From positions 152,715 to 216,714 of the forward strand of contig JAVZCB010000002.1 in assembly GCA_038874595.1 (NCBI GenBank): a stretch of DNA of 64,000 nucleotides. Direction: 5' to 3'. The DNA is from Candidatus Micrarchaeia archaeon (GTDB lineage: Archaea; Micrarchaeota; Micrarchaeia; CAILAH01). The translations under genes were made by a program, and so were the position numbers. Below are positions 1-9,179 of this stretch, one piece after another. How positions within the stretch are numbered: position 1 is the first letter of the stretch; each line of letters begins with the position of its first letter. The notes under the pieces were generated by a model. It had not been told where the DNA came from. It saw only the letters and a list, made by a program, of their open reading frames with translations, and did not search any database.

Positions 1-614
1 AGCACGCGTTCCTGCTGTTCCAGAGTTATGGATTTCCATTGGAGATGACTGAGGAGCTTGCAAGGGAGAGGGGCAAAACGGTTGATAGGAAAGGGTTTGA
101 GAATGAAATGGAAAGACATAAGGAGCTGTCGCGTGAGGGAATTTCACAAAGGTTTGCGTCTGGGCTCGCTGATTACAGTGAGAAGACTGTTGCGTTGCAT
201 ACCGCAACGCACCTGCTGCAGGCTGCCCTTAGGAAAGTGCTTGGGGAGCACGTGCAGCAGAAGGGCTCTAATATTACGCCTGAACGGCTCAGGTTTGACT
301 TTACGCATGGTGAGAAGCTAACACCAGAACAAATAAAGCAGGTTGAAGAGCTAGTTAACAAATGGATTAAGGAAAAAATCAATGTTGAAAGAAAAGAAGA
401 GACAATAGAAGAGGCGCGGGCTGAGGGCGCGCTTGCATTCTTCAGCGCAAAGTATGGTGAAAAAGTTTCCGTTTATGTAATACCTGGAGCGAGCAAGGAA
501 GTATGCACCGGGCCACACGTGAATAATACCGGTGAGCTTGGCACATTCAAAATAATTAAAGAAGAATCTGTAAGCGCAGGTGTAAGAAGGATTAAAGCAA
601 TCCTAGAAAAATAA
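1..614 (+). CDS. alaS: Alanine--tRNA ligase, C-terminal part (5' end outside window)
   Basis: Editing/SAD domain motifs HTATHLL, QKGSNITPERLRFDF, EVCTGPHV, GVRRIKA. The frame runs off the left edge. The protein ends right after the SAD domain (no C-Ala). Confidence 0.93.
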   Translation, partial: HAFLLFQSYGFPLEMTEELARERGKTVDRKGFENEMERHKELSREGISQRFASGLADYSEKTVALHTATHLLQAALRKVLGEHVQQKGSNITPERLRFDFTHGEKLTPEQIKQVEELVNKWIKEKINVERKEETIEEARAEGALAFFSAKYGEKVSVYVIPGASKEVCTGPHVNNTGELGTFKIIKEESVSAGVRRIKAILEK

Positions 615-615
615 A

Positions 616-1086
616 CTATTCTTTCTTTTTCATTATTTTACCATAAATATAGTATATATTTTTCCAATGTGTGCCTTCCCAGTATGCTTTATTGCAGGAT
701 GGACAAATCCAGAAGTTTCCCCCTTTCTCAATAATATCCTGGGGCACATGGCCATACGCTTCAGCCTGTGATATTTTTCTGAGCTCAACGTTGCAGATTG
801 AGCAACGGGTCTTTTCCGGGAAGGTGAGCTCAATCCCAGTTACTGAAATTATATGCCTTATTTGCTCTACCGGGTCCGTGCTTTCAACAAGCACTGAAGG
901 GATGTTTTTTGAGATGCACCGCACATAAACCTCCCTATCGCGCGTAACGAGTATGCGGCCTTCCTTTACTGCTGTTTCTATCAATTCAGTATCATTGCGT
1001 GGGTGAAAGTATGCTGTATCAACACCAAATATGCGGAGTAATATTGCTGTGTTCTTCAACATTTCATCAAGTATGAGTTTTTTCAT
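616..1086 (-). CDS. Mut7-C RNase (PIN-like) domain protein with Zn ribbon
   Basis: ILDEML..LR.FG.DT, EGRILVTRD, RCSICN, CPSCNKAYWEGTHW. Start moved to MKKL at 1086. Confidence 0.85.
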   Translation of the reverse strand: MKKLILDEMLKNTAILLRIFGVDTAYFHPRNDTELIETAVKEGRILVTRDREVYVRCISKNIPSVLVESTDPVEQIRHIISVTGIELTFPEKTRCSICNVELRKISQAEAYGHVPQDIIEKGGNFWICPSCNKAYWEGTHWKNIYYIYGKIMKKKE

Positions 1087-3061
1087 CGGCACCACCACGA
1101 GCAAAAAGAGGGCTGTCTATCACTAATGATTCGAATTCTCCACCTTCCCCGGCTATATTTATCCCATACCTTTTACTTAATTTTACAAGGATATCTATAT
1201 CTTTAAGCGTGATCTCACGATTCAGCCACGATTTATCGAGCCCTTCTGCTGCAACAGATGTGATTATAAACCTAAAACCGTCCTTTATTAGCCTACGCAT
1301 GTGCATTTCCTGGTCAACGTGCCAAAGAGGGGAAAATACGCGCAGGCCAAGCCTGTCACATACCGATTCTATACGAGTGCGCTGGTACTCTGAACTTATC
1401 GCACCTGTAACAACACCTTCAATATTGTATTTTTTTATTGCATCAAGAAGTGCCGTTTCAAGATCATAAAGCTCTCTCTCCTTTTCGCCGGCAGTCTCCT
1501 GCATTATGAGAGGGAGGCCCATGCGCGCAGCGTGCGTGCGAACGTTGTCTATCTCAGGTGTGTGGTATAAATATGAGTCCTTGTTCCGGCTCTTCAATGT
1601 GACAAGGCATTTTATATCATAATTGCGCTGGCTCATAAGATAAAGAGCGTATGCGCTATCCTTACCACCACTGTAAAGTGCTGCGAGTGGAATATTCTTT
1701 TTGTGGTGTTTGCTAAGAAACTGGCCAATACTCATTCCTTCCTTTGCGGCAAGCCTGCGCAGAAGAGCCATTGATTTTGTACCATATTGTGCTGCCTTTT
1801 TTGGGCGTGACCAGAATTTTTCACTGACATTATAATACTCTCTTAAGATACGGCGCAATATTGCTTTGTTTGTAAGTTGATGCACTGAAAGAGAAAGTGA
1901 GTTTGTTACGACCTGCTTATCAAGAAAAGGCACCCTGAGCTCTATGTTGTTATACATTGTAATACAGTTGTCCCTGTAAAGGTCTCTTTCGTAAATTGAT
2001 CTAAGAGAACTTACCTGTTCGTTGTGCATTGCCTCTGTTAAGCGGTCTTTTGCCAGGCTTTCATAATGGAGCGGCCGGAACCGCGCATAGCCAGCAAAAA
2101 TATCATCCGCACCAATACCTGAAAAAAGGACTTTGACCTTGTCTGCAGATGCTTGCCTTGCAGCAAAAAAGATGGGTATCGCTACGCCCACCTTTACAGA
2201 ATCGCTTGAATCTATTACTTTACATATCTGTGGGATTTCTTGTAAAATGGACTTTTCTGAAATTTCGGTTTCAACGTGGTCAAAGCCAAATGTGCGGGCA
2301 AATTCCTTTGAATATGTTGCATCTTCGGAATTCTTGTTGCAGTATGCCGTGTATAGTGTTATTTTTACGCCCTTCTCTGCAAGCCGGAGCGCTATCAGTG
2401 CCGAATCTACACCGCCTGAGAAAAGAACGCCTTGCTTGGCTTCAGCTATGCGCTTGTCAATCGCATCAAATAAGTAATCGCGCATTTCTTCGTAAGAGGT
2501 CTGCCTGCCGCTAAGAACAAATATATCTTTATAATGAGACCTCGCTGTGCCATTAGTCACATCATAAAATATTACCGTGCGTGGGTGAAGCTCACGCAGT
2601 ATCCCTGGGTTTGCCTTTCTCTCAGATGCTATGAAGAGAGGATTGAATGAAAAGAAGAGTGGGTTAACACCTAAAGGGTCACGAAAAAGAACGAGTTGGC
2701 CTTCCCTATAATATACACATGCAAAATCGCCATCAAGAGAATCAATTATTTTTAGGATTGACTTTTCAGAGTTGTCTGAATTTTCAAGAAGGCAAAATAG
2801 GAGCTCTGCATCGTTCCTTGCCTGGATGCCGTGCTCTTCCGCAAGCTGTTTCCAGTTATATATTTCACAGTTTGCAGCAAGGATACCTTTACCTGAAAAT
2901 GGCTGGACTATATTATGGCCAACAACCGAATGTAGAAAATGTGAAAATGTTATTCCATCTCTTTCTATTCGTGAATGGTTGTCTTTACCCCTATGAGATA
3001 TTGAAGATTCTGCTGTGAAGAGGTTTTTGTTACTCGTGTTACATACAATAATCCCGCACAT
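1067..3061 (-). CDS. Fusion of glutamine-hydrolysing asparagine synthetase-like domain and diphthine--ammonia ligase (Dph6)
   Basis: AsnB part: MCGII (Ntn Cys), HRG, EIYN, RDPLG, SGGVDS, SGIGADDIFAGY, RVPFLD. Dph6 part: second PP-loop SGGKDS, SYLYH, GAISSEYQ, PLWH, GEGGEFES. Confidence 0.88.
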   Translation of the reverse strand: MCGIIVCNTSNKNLFTAESSISHRGKDNHSRIERDGITFSHFLHSVVGHNIVQPFSGKGILAANCEIYNWKQLAEEHGIQARNDAELLFCLLENSDNSEKSILKIIDSLDGDFACVYYREGQLVLFRDPLGVNPLFFSFNPLFIASERKANPGILRELHPRTVIFYDVTNGTARSHYKDIFVLSGRQTSYEEMRDYLFDAIDKRIAEAKQGVLFSGGVDSALIALRLAEKGVKITLYTAYCNKNSEDATYSKEFARTFGFDHVETEISEKSILQEIPQICKVIDSSDSVKVGVAIPIFFAARQASADKVKVLFSGIGADDIFAGYARFRPLHYESLAKDRLTEAMHNEQVSSLRSIYERDLYRDNCITMYNNIELRVPFLDKQVVTNSLSLSVHQLTNKAILRRILREYYNVSEKFWSRPKKAAQYGTKSMALLRRLAAKEGMSIGQFLSKHHKKNIPLAALYSGGKDSAYALYLMSQRNYDIKCLVTLKSRNKDSYLYHTPEIDNVRTHAARMGLPLIMQETAGEKERELYDLETALLDAIKKYNIEGVVTGAISSEYQRTRIESVCDRLGLRVFSPLWHVDQEMHMRRLIKDGFRFIITSVAAEGLDKSWLNREITLKDIDILVKLSKRYGINIAGEGGEFESLVIDSPLFARGGADEKTHT

Positions 3062-3117
3062 CCTACCCGATATTGAACAAACCATATTTATTATATTTAG
3101 GTTTCCGAGAATATTCT

Positions 3118-4449
3118 ATGCCTCCAAACCCAATTCTCATAGCATACTCTGAGATAGGAACTAAAGGTGAAACAACCAGACCGCGTTTTGAAAAGATACT
3201 GCTGAATAATATAAAGAGGTTGGGTGCAAAAATTAAAATATCCAGACAAAGCAGGAGAATATTAGTTTATCCGATAACTGAAAAGGATAATGCATTCTTA
3301 TTAAGCAAATTAAGGTATGTGTTTGGGATAAAATATTATGCACCGGTTAAAAAAACCACGTTTAATAGTATTGAGGAGATTGCAGATTTTGTTGCTGAAA
3401 TATATTGTAAAAAGGTTGTTGGAAAAACATTCAGGGTGACTGTGCACAGGGTTGGAAGACATAACTTTAATTCAATTGATGCACAAAGGGTAATCGGTGC
3501 CAGGCTGGTTGAATGTGGCGGGAAGGTCAATCTCAACAATTTTGAAATGGAAATTGCTGTTAATATAAAGGATAACGTTGCGTTTGTGTTTGATGAAAAG
3601 ATATGTGGCCCAGACGGCCTGCCTCTTGGTTCTGAAGGTAAAGTGCTTGTATTATTCTCAGGGGGTATTGACTCGCCTGTTGCTGCGTGGCATATGATGC
3701 GCCGCGGGTGCTCGCCAACTTTCCTTTTTGTAAATTTAGGGGGAAGAGATAACTTAACAAAGGTGTATAAAGTATACAAAAAACTCGTTGATGTTTGGGG
3801 ATGTGAGAATGCTCCTTTTCTGGTTGCCGATGGTAATAAAATCATCTCTGAAATAACAAAAAAAATAAAACCATCTTATAGGCAAGTTGTGCTAAAAAGG
3901 GCATTCTATGAGATTGCTGAGAAGGTTTGTAGGGAGTATGGATTAGATGCAATTGTTACTGGAGAATGTGTTGGCCAAGTATCTTCCCAGACTATAAAAA
4001 ACCTGTGGGCAATAGGACACAATACAAACTTGCTCGTGCTCAGGCCCCTCATTGGAATGAACAAAGAAGATTGTGTATGTAAGGCACAAGAAATTGGTAC
4101 GTATGATCTCTCTATAGAAATTGGCGAGCTTTGCAACATATCAAAGGGAAGTGTAAAACTTTCTGCGAGGCCTTACGAGGTTGATAGGGAATATTCACAT
4201 ATAAGAGATGTAGTTAAAAACATAAATGTAACTCAAGTTACACACATCCGGGCTACGCACCATAAAAATAATATCACAAAAACCATAGATATAGATAAAG
4301 AAAAAATAAACTACTCTGAGCTTGACCCTAAAGTAGAATACGTCATTGTATGCAAGGATGGCGTGCGGGCATCTATTGAATGCGACATCCTGCGCGGTAT
4401 GGGATATATGTGTACTAGCAGGAAAAAACATTCTTCGGATAATAAATAA
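3118..4449 (+). CDS. thiI: tRNA 4-thiouridine(8) synthase ThiI with short rhodanese-like tail
   Basis: YSEIGTKG, THUMP region, GLPLGSEG, SGGIDSPVA, TGECVGQVSSQT, RPLIG; tail VIVCKDGVRA. Confidence 0.92.
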   Translation: MPPNPILIAYSEIGTKGETTRPRFEKILLNNIKRLGAKIKISRQSRRILVYPITEKDNAFLLSKLRYVFGIKYYAPVKKTTFNSIEEIADFVAEIYCKKVVGKTFRVTVHRVGRHNFNSIDAQRVIGARLVECGGKVNLNNFEMEIAVNIKDNVAFVFDEKICGPDGLPLGSEGKVLVLFSGGIDSPVAAWHMMRRGCSPTFLFVNLGGRDNLTKVYKVYKKLVDVWGCENAPFLVADGNKIISEITKKIKPSYRQVVLKRAFYEIAEKVCREYGLDAIVTGECVGQVSSQTIKNLWAIGHNTNLLVLRPLIGMNKEDCVCKAQEIGTYDLSIEIGELCNISKGSVKLSARPYEVDREYSHIRDVVKNINVTQVTHIRATHHKNNITKTIDIDKEKINYSELDPKVEYVIVCKDGVRASIECDILRGMGYMCTSRKKHSSDNK

Positions 4450-4450
4450 A

Positions 4451-5446
4451 TCACAAAAATATCTCTTTTCTTTCCTTATCAATATTAAGTTTGATACCTG
4501 CGATCTTGCTTATCGTATATATATTTGTGGAAGCGTGGCTGGAAAGTAAGTTGTATCTTAACCTGCCTTTCCCTGCAAGTACAACATAAACCATCAGCTG
4601 GTCTACCATGTTTTGGTCTAATGCATTATGTTGTGCATCTTCCCTGTACAAGCGCAACAATTCATCCACCACCACTTCTGCTGGTTTGCCTGCCTGGCCA
4701 ATCACATCAACACCTATATTATAATTATCATACTCACTGATGAGCGTTATGGAATTCCCTTTGCTTGCACAGTTCATATAATTTGTTTTTATTACCTCGG
4801 TGCTGCTGCCTAAAGCACTCTTTATTCTTGCTTCTTCCCTTTCTAAGATGTGTGTGGGAAGATCAGCTAGTAATATGTACGCTGTTGTCTTTTTGAGTGC
4901 ACCGCGCCCTGTAAGTTCTGCATTCTGTACGCCAGAGGGAAATATGGTAAGGCATACCTCACCACCACCCTGGGGGTAAAAGCCAGGCCGTTTCAGTTCA
5001 ATGTGTGCCTTCACACCCATCCGCTGTATATTCGGTAAAAAGCAATAAGCAAAGTATTCGTATGTTGGCGATTTTATAACGTGTGTTCCTCCTTTAATTG
5101 TAACCGTGCTTTTTGCATCTGCAAATGTAAGTATAGGTATAAGTGCTTGCAAAAGCAGCGTTACCGAGCCCGCCGTGCCTATATCAAATTCAAAATCGCC
5201 CGCCTTAATCTCTGTTGGATAAAAAGATAACTTTGTTGAATTTAAGGTATTTCCTTCCACTTTTGCATTACACACTTTTGCAACAGCATTAACCGCTGCG
5301 AGGTGCTGAGGCAGGAGGCCTGGTTTTGGTCTGTTAGCCCTTATTTTAGTTATTGTGAATGGCGCTTTATATATTGCGCTTAAAGAAAGGGCAGTCCTAA
5401 GGATTTGGCCTCCGCCTTCTAAATATGACCCGTCTATCTCTATCAC
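4451..5446 (-). CDS. rtcA: RNA 3'-terminal phosphate cyclase
   Basis: [51 protein letters not shown]. Confidence 0.93.
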   Translation of the reverse strand: MIEIDGSYLEGGGQILRTALSLSAIYKAPFTITKIRANRPKPGLLPQHLAAVNAVAKVCNAKVEGNTLNSTKLSFYPTEIKAGDFEFDIGTAGSVTLLLQALIPILTFADAKSTVTIKGGTHVIKSPTYEYFAYCFLPNIQRMGVKAHIELKRPGFYPQGGGEVCLTIFPSGVQNAELTGRGALKKTTAYILLADLPTHILEREEARIKSALGSSTEVIKTNYMNCASKGNSITLISEYDNYNIGVDVIGQAGKPAEVVVDELLRLYREDAQHNALDQNMVDQLMVYVVLAGKGRLRYNLLSSHASTNIYTISKIAGIKLNIDKERKEIFL

Positions 5447-5489
5447 ACTCTTTTTTCAGGAAAACATATTATTTAAAAGGGAGTGGGGA

Positions 5490-5857
5490 GGGGTCACTTC
5501 CACTATTATTTATATATAATAAATATAAAATTTTGTTACTCAAGTAACATATGGCAAAATTAAACCTTCTTTACGTTTATGACATAAAACCCCAAAACCC
5601 CTCAAAAAAAGGCAGCATAAAAAGAAATTTTTATTATCATATGGAAAAGTTACGCCCCTTCATAAGAAGGGCCACAGAGTCGGTTATTTTAACCTCAAAG
5701 GAACACGAGAGCACGATAGATGGCTTTTTTATGCGCTTCCTAAATGATGTAGAAGTATACAAATGTGATATAACTAAACTAACAATCCTTAAAAAAATGT
5801 GAAATCAATTAAACGTAGCCCACACCGGATATAAAAGAGAATAGTGGAAGAAACCCC
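5490..5857. repeat. Pair of 18-bp imperfect inverted repeats flanking the Cas2-like gene
   Basis: GGGGTCACTTCCACTATT at 5490-5507; the reverse complement of 5840-5857 is GGGGTTTCTTCCACTATT; 16/18 identical. Confidence 0.7.
5551..5802 (+). CDS. Stand-alone Cas2/VapD-like small protein
   Basis: 83 aa. The first strand ends in YVYDI (Cas2 'YDI' acidic motif), followed by a helix and 'ESVIL', which resembles Cas2 QxSVF. AT-rich promoter upstream. Confidence 0.55.
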   Translation: MAKLNLLYVYDIKPQNPSKKGSIKRNFYYHMEKLRPFIRRATESVILTSKEHESTIDGFFMRFLNDVEVYKCDITKLTILKKM

Positions 5858-5858
5858 C

Positions 5859-6110
5859 CTATCTCTCTTTATAGTTGTCTTCTACAATAACAACATCACC
5901 GACAGATTTTACTTTTTTATAAAGGATGCTTTTATCCTTAAGAACCTGCCTGGCCTCCTCACGTGAGCTAATGCTGGTGAGAGGTTCCATAGAGATGCGA
6001 ATTACCTCGCCTTTCTCTAGATCCACGATAACGTCCTGGACTTTACCAACAAACTTACCGCTTGCCGTGAAAATGTCCATGCCATAGAGGTCTGCGATGT
6101 TTAATGCCAT
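5859..6110 (-). CDS. PRC-barrel domain protein
   Basis: LYGMDIFTASGKFVGKVQDVIVD...VKSVGDVVIV; RBS GGTGG before MALN. Confidence 0.88.
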   Translation of the reverse strand: MALNIADLYGMDIFTASGKFVGKVQDVIVDLEKGEVIRISMEPLTSISSREEARQVLKDKSILYKKVKSVGDVVIVEDNYKER

Positions 6111-6175
6111 TTTACCACCTACACTATACATTATATAGTAAAGTATTTATTCTTTATAGAGTAGTCTCTTCCTAT

Positions 6176-6439
6176 ATGACAATCCCATTTATTCGTGAGC
6201 GACCCGCGGCAATAATGTTACTTTTAAGAAATACAACAAAAACGTGGTGCGTTTCCTCACTCTCTCGTGAAGCAGGGCTCACATATCTTCACACACTGCA
6301 TCTTTTATCCCAGATGTATAATTTAGGGTTGGTGGACTATAAAAAAGAGGGAAGGAGGAAAGTAGTTTTCTTAACAGAAAAAGGAAAAAGTATATCCTCA
6401 ACCTTAAACCAGCTGATTGATGATTTAAAAGAACAATAA
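6176..6439 (+). CDS. Winged helix-turn-helix protein
   Basis: SSLSREAGLTY..., GLV, EGRRKVVFLTEKG wing. Confidence 0.75.
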   Translation: MTIPFIRERPAAIMLLLRNTTKTWCVSSLSREAGLTYLHTLHLLSQMYNLGLVDYKKEGRRKVVFLTEKGKSISSTLNQLIDDLKEQ

Positions 6440-6443
6440 ATAA

Positions 6444-6809
6444 TTAGACAACCCTTAATGTGATTTCCTTAAGTGTACTCCCAATTATGTGTGAGAACCC
6501 TCTATAGTGTTTGTTTGCGGAAACCTTTACAGTATAACTCCCCGGCGTTGTTTTTGGGTGTGAGAATAAATCCACAAAAAACACCTTCTCCTCATTTGGG
6601 AGCATTTTTCCAATTCGGATTTCTTTTTTGAAAACAATACCTGTCTTATCAAACCCAACAGCCGTCGGTATATCCACAACAAGGCTTGCAAGAACATCCT
6701 CGGGCTCCTTGTTTTTGAGCCAAACCTTCATTTGTACAGGTCTCTCATCACCTTTTTTCAATCTGAGTGGTGATAACTCGATTTTCATATCAAACGGTGA
6801 ACCAGCCAT
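6444..6809 (-). CDS. Hypothetical Ig-like beta-sandwich protein
   Basis: Beta-rich 121-aa ORF (LKN, PGSYTVKV); RBS GGAG upstream. Confidence 0.55.
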   Translation of the reverse strand: MAGSPFDMKIELSPLRLKKGDERPVQMKVWLKNKEPEDVLASLVVDIPTAVGFDKTGIVFKKEIRIGKMLPNEEKVFFVDLFSHPKTTPGSYTVKVSANKHYRGFSHIIGSTLKEITLRVV

Positions 6810-6878
6810 GGTATCAACTCCACAATGTGTAATATAGTATACAATTATTTTTATAATTTCACAAATAACATAAATGGC

Positions 6879-9176
6879 ATGTGTGACATGTCTATAAAAG
6901 GAAATACGCTCGTTTTTGACTGCATTAATTCGCCATATGAATTTATGAGCCCGGAATTTATAGCAAACAACATTCGTGCAATGACGACGCTTGTCCGCAC
7001 AGATTTTGAGAAGATAAGGTATGAGGAGCAGCTGGTGTTTGAGTTATCGGGTGAAAAAGCAGAGATAATTCTTTCATACATCCGCTTTCTCAAACAGGTG
7101 GAAAAGCTCCTTATGAACAAGCAGATATATGGAAGAGAGGATGATGATTCATATGTGCTTAGGAAAACAACACTTTCAAAAGTTTATGAAGAGCTTATGA
7201 TGAACCCGCTTTTTGCAGAGCGTACGATAAACGAGTATAACGAGCCGCAACCTACAAAATCTGCATTTTATGAGGCTTACAAGGCATACAAGGCATGGCT
7301 TAAAGGGATACAGCAGAAGCTCCAATCAACAAAAATGTACCAGCTTGTAAAGGAAAAGGGAGACATGCGGCAGGCATTTATTTACCTTCTCAACATGAGG
7401 GTAATGAAGCTTGTAGATTCCCTCGAACTGCTTCTTCCGGAGGGTTCCAAACCGCTTGATAAACCAGGGGCAGCTTATGAGCTTGATTATGGATATAAAA
7501 TTACAATATATGATGTTCCAGGTTCTGAATCCTACTGGTATATTATAGATAATCCAATAATTAATTCGCTTCCAGAGGAGGTTATTGTTGAAGCAAGAAA
7601 GCTTATTGAAAGAGATATGGGGGCCGTCCGCGGTATCCAGGTAAAAGATTACAATCTTTTGTTGGATGAAAAGACGCGCGAGTATCGCAAGTATTTCTTT
7701 GAGTGGGCAGATGAGCATAAAGTTCAATTAACGCCCGAACAGAGCCTCGTCCTAGCACGCGCATGTGCATCGTGGGTTGCAGGCCTAGGCGAACCCATAG
7801 AGGCAATATGTCTCGATAAGCGCAACATAACAGACATTTACATTGATTCTGAGAATGCCCCAATATATATTGACCATGCCAATTTTGGGATATGTCATAC
7901 AGTATATAGGTATAATTCAAAGCTAGTAGACCAGCTGTTCTTTAACATTTTGGCAACAGACAAGTCAGCAGTTTACGGCCCGCAAAACCCCATAGTTGAT
8001 GTTGTTATGAAGCGCCTAAATATGCGATGCCACTTACAGGGCCCACCAGCAACGTTCGGGGAAAGGCAGGGTGCGCTACGTTTGATGAAACAGACCCCAT
8101 TCACATACGCGGAATATTTACGCTATCACGCCTTTTCGGCCTTTTTTGCAGGTTACGATGATACGATGGTTTTTCTTGGAACTTCAGAGGCCGTGCTTGG
8201 CTTGAAAGGTGTAGGTAAAACTTCATTTACAGCGGCAAAGATGATTGCGATTGGAACAAAAACAAGGATAATCCCCATACAAGACATAGAGGAGATACCA
8301 GTTGCTGCCTATAGGAAACGCGGGTTTCATATAGGTGTGATGCGCTCAATGGCTTCAGATAAAGAGGTTGAGCAGGCGACAGCCGGCTCAGCACTCTCAC
8401 TCGTTGCGCTTACAAGCGCAACACTTCGTATGGGCGATGCTGCACTCATAATAAACGAGGTCCGCTCACGCGCAGCAATACAAGGTATAATAAATCTTCT
8501 GAACACCCAGCCGGGCGTATTTGTCCTTTACAATTTGCATGCTGAGAGCCTTAAAGATATCCGGGATAGGTTAGAGCTCGTATTCGGTATTCCGGGAGCA
8601 AGCATGTTTGCAACTGACAGGTATACTTTCCTGAAGAAGGTGCGTTTTGGGAGAAAGAGTGCAACATACCGCCTCCTCGGCGCCGCATATGAGAGTAATA
8701 TAGAAGAGAAGCGGTTTGAGGAGGTTTTTGTATTTGAAAGGGGGAAAGATATAGAATCATCACAATGCAAAGCGCTGTTTGTTGAAAATCCAGAGCTTAA
8801 CAAGTGGCTCATTGATGATATAAATCTTGGTGATTTGCAGAAAAACCTCTCGCTAAAATTTATACCCCCTGCTTTGCAACGGCGCGCAGATGACCGCGGC
8901 ATTGCACCTGAACAGATGATAATGCAGGCAGCGTTTAAGGGTAAGGTGTATTCACAAATATATAGGGCGTATGAAAAGTATGGGTATTACGAACTGCTTG
9001 AAATGGATTTTGTGCTTAAGGCATCCTCTCTAGCAAATAAGCTGCTCAAATCGCTTGAAGACGAGGAAGGAAATGTTAATTATGAGGTTGTTGATAGAGA
9101 ATGGGAGGCAGAATTCCAGCAATTGCTATCTGAAGAGCTGGAATTTCTTCGCCTTAAGAAAGAGCAGGCGCGGTAA
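6879..9176 (+). CDS. Type II/IV secretion (VirB11/TadA/FlaI-like) ATPase, large divergent form
   Basis: ITDIYID, Walker A GLKGVGKT, Asp box QDIEEIP, LRMG-ALIINEVR (Walker B), LHA His box. Confidence 0.8.
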   Translation: MCDMSIKGNTLVFDCINSPYEFMSPEFIANNIRAMTTLVRTDFEKIRYEEQLVFELSGEKAEIILSYIRFLKQVEKLLMNKQIYGREDDDSYVLRKTTLSKVYEELMMNPLFAERTINEYNEPQPTKSAFYEAYKAYKAWLKGIQQKLQSTKMYQLVKEKGDMRQAFIYLLNMRVMKLVDSLELLLPEGSKPLDKPGAAYELDYGYKITIYDVPGSESYWYIIDNPIINSLPEEVIVEARKLIERDMGAVRGIQVKDYNLLLDEKTREYRKYFFEWADEHKVQLTPEQSLVLARACASWVAGLGEPIEAICLDKRNITDIYIDSENAPIYIDHANFGICHTVYRYNSKLVDQLFFNILATDKSAVYGPQNPIVDVVMKRLNMRCHLQGPPATFGERQGALRLMKQTPFTYAEYLRYHAFSAFFAGYDDTMVFLGTSEAVLGLKGVGKTSFTAAKMIAIGTKTRIIPIQDIEEIPVAAYRKRGFHIGVMRSMASDKEVEQATAGSALSLVALTSATLRMGDAALIINEVRSRAAIQGIINLLNTQPGVFVLYNLHAESLKDIRDRLELVFGIPGASMFATDRYTFLKKVRFGRKSATYRLLGAAYESNIEEKRFEEVFVFERGKDIESSQCKALFVENPELNKWLIDDINLGDLQKNLSLKFIPPALQRRADDRGIAPEQMIMQAAFKGKVYSQIYRAYEKYGYYELLEMDFVLKASSLANKLLKSLEDEEGNVNYEVVDREWEAEFQQLLSEELEFLRLKKEQAR

Positions 9177-9179
9177 CCA

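Noticed and set aside
5490-5857. Inverted repeats as ORB origin elements
   Set aside because: They share TTCCAC with ORBs, but the G-string is on the wrong side, they enclose a gene, and cdc6 is 7 kb away. Not formally excluded.
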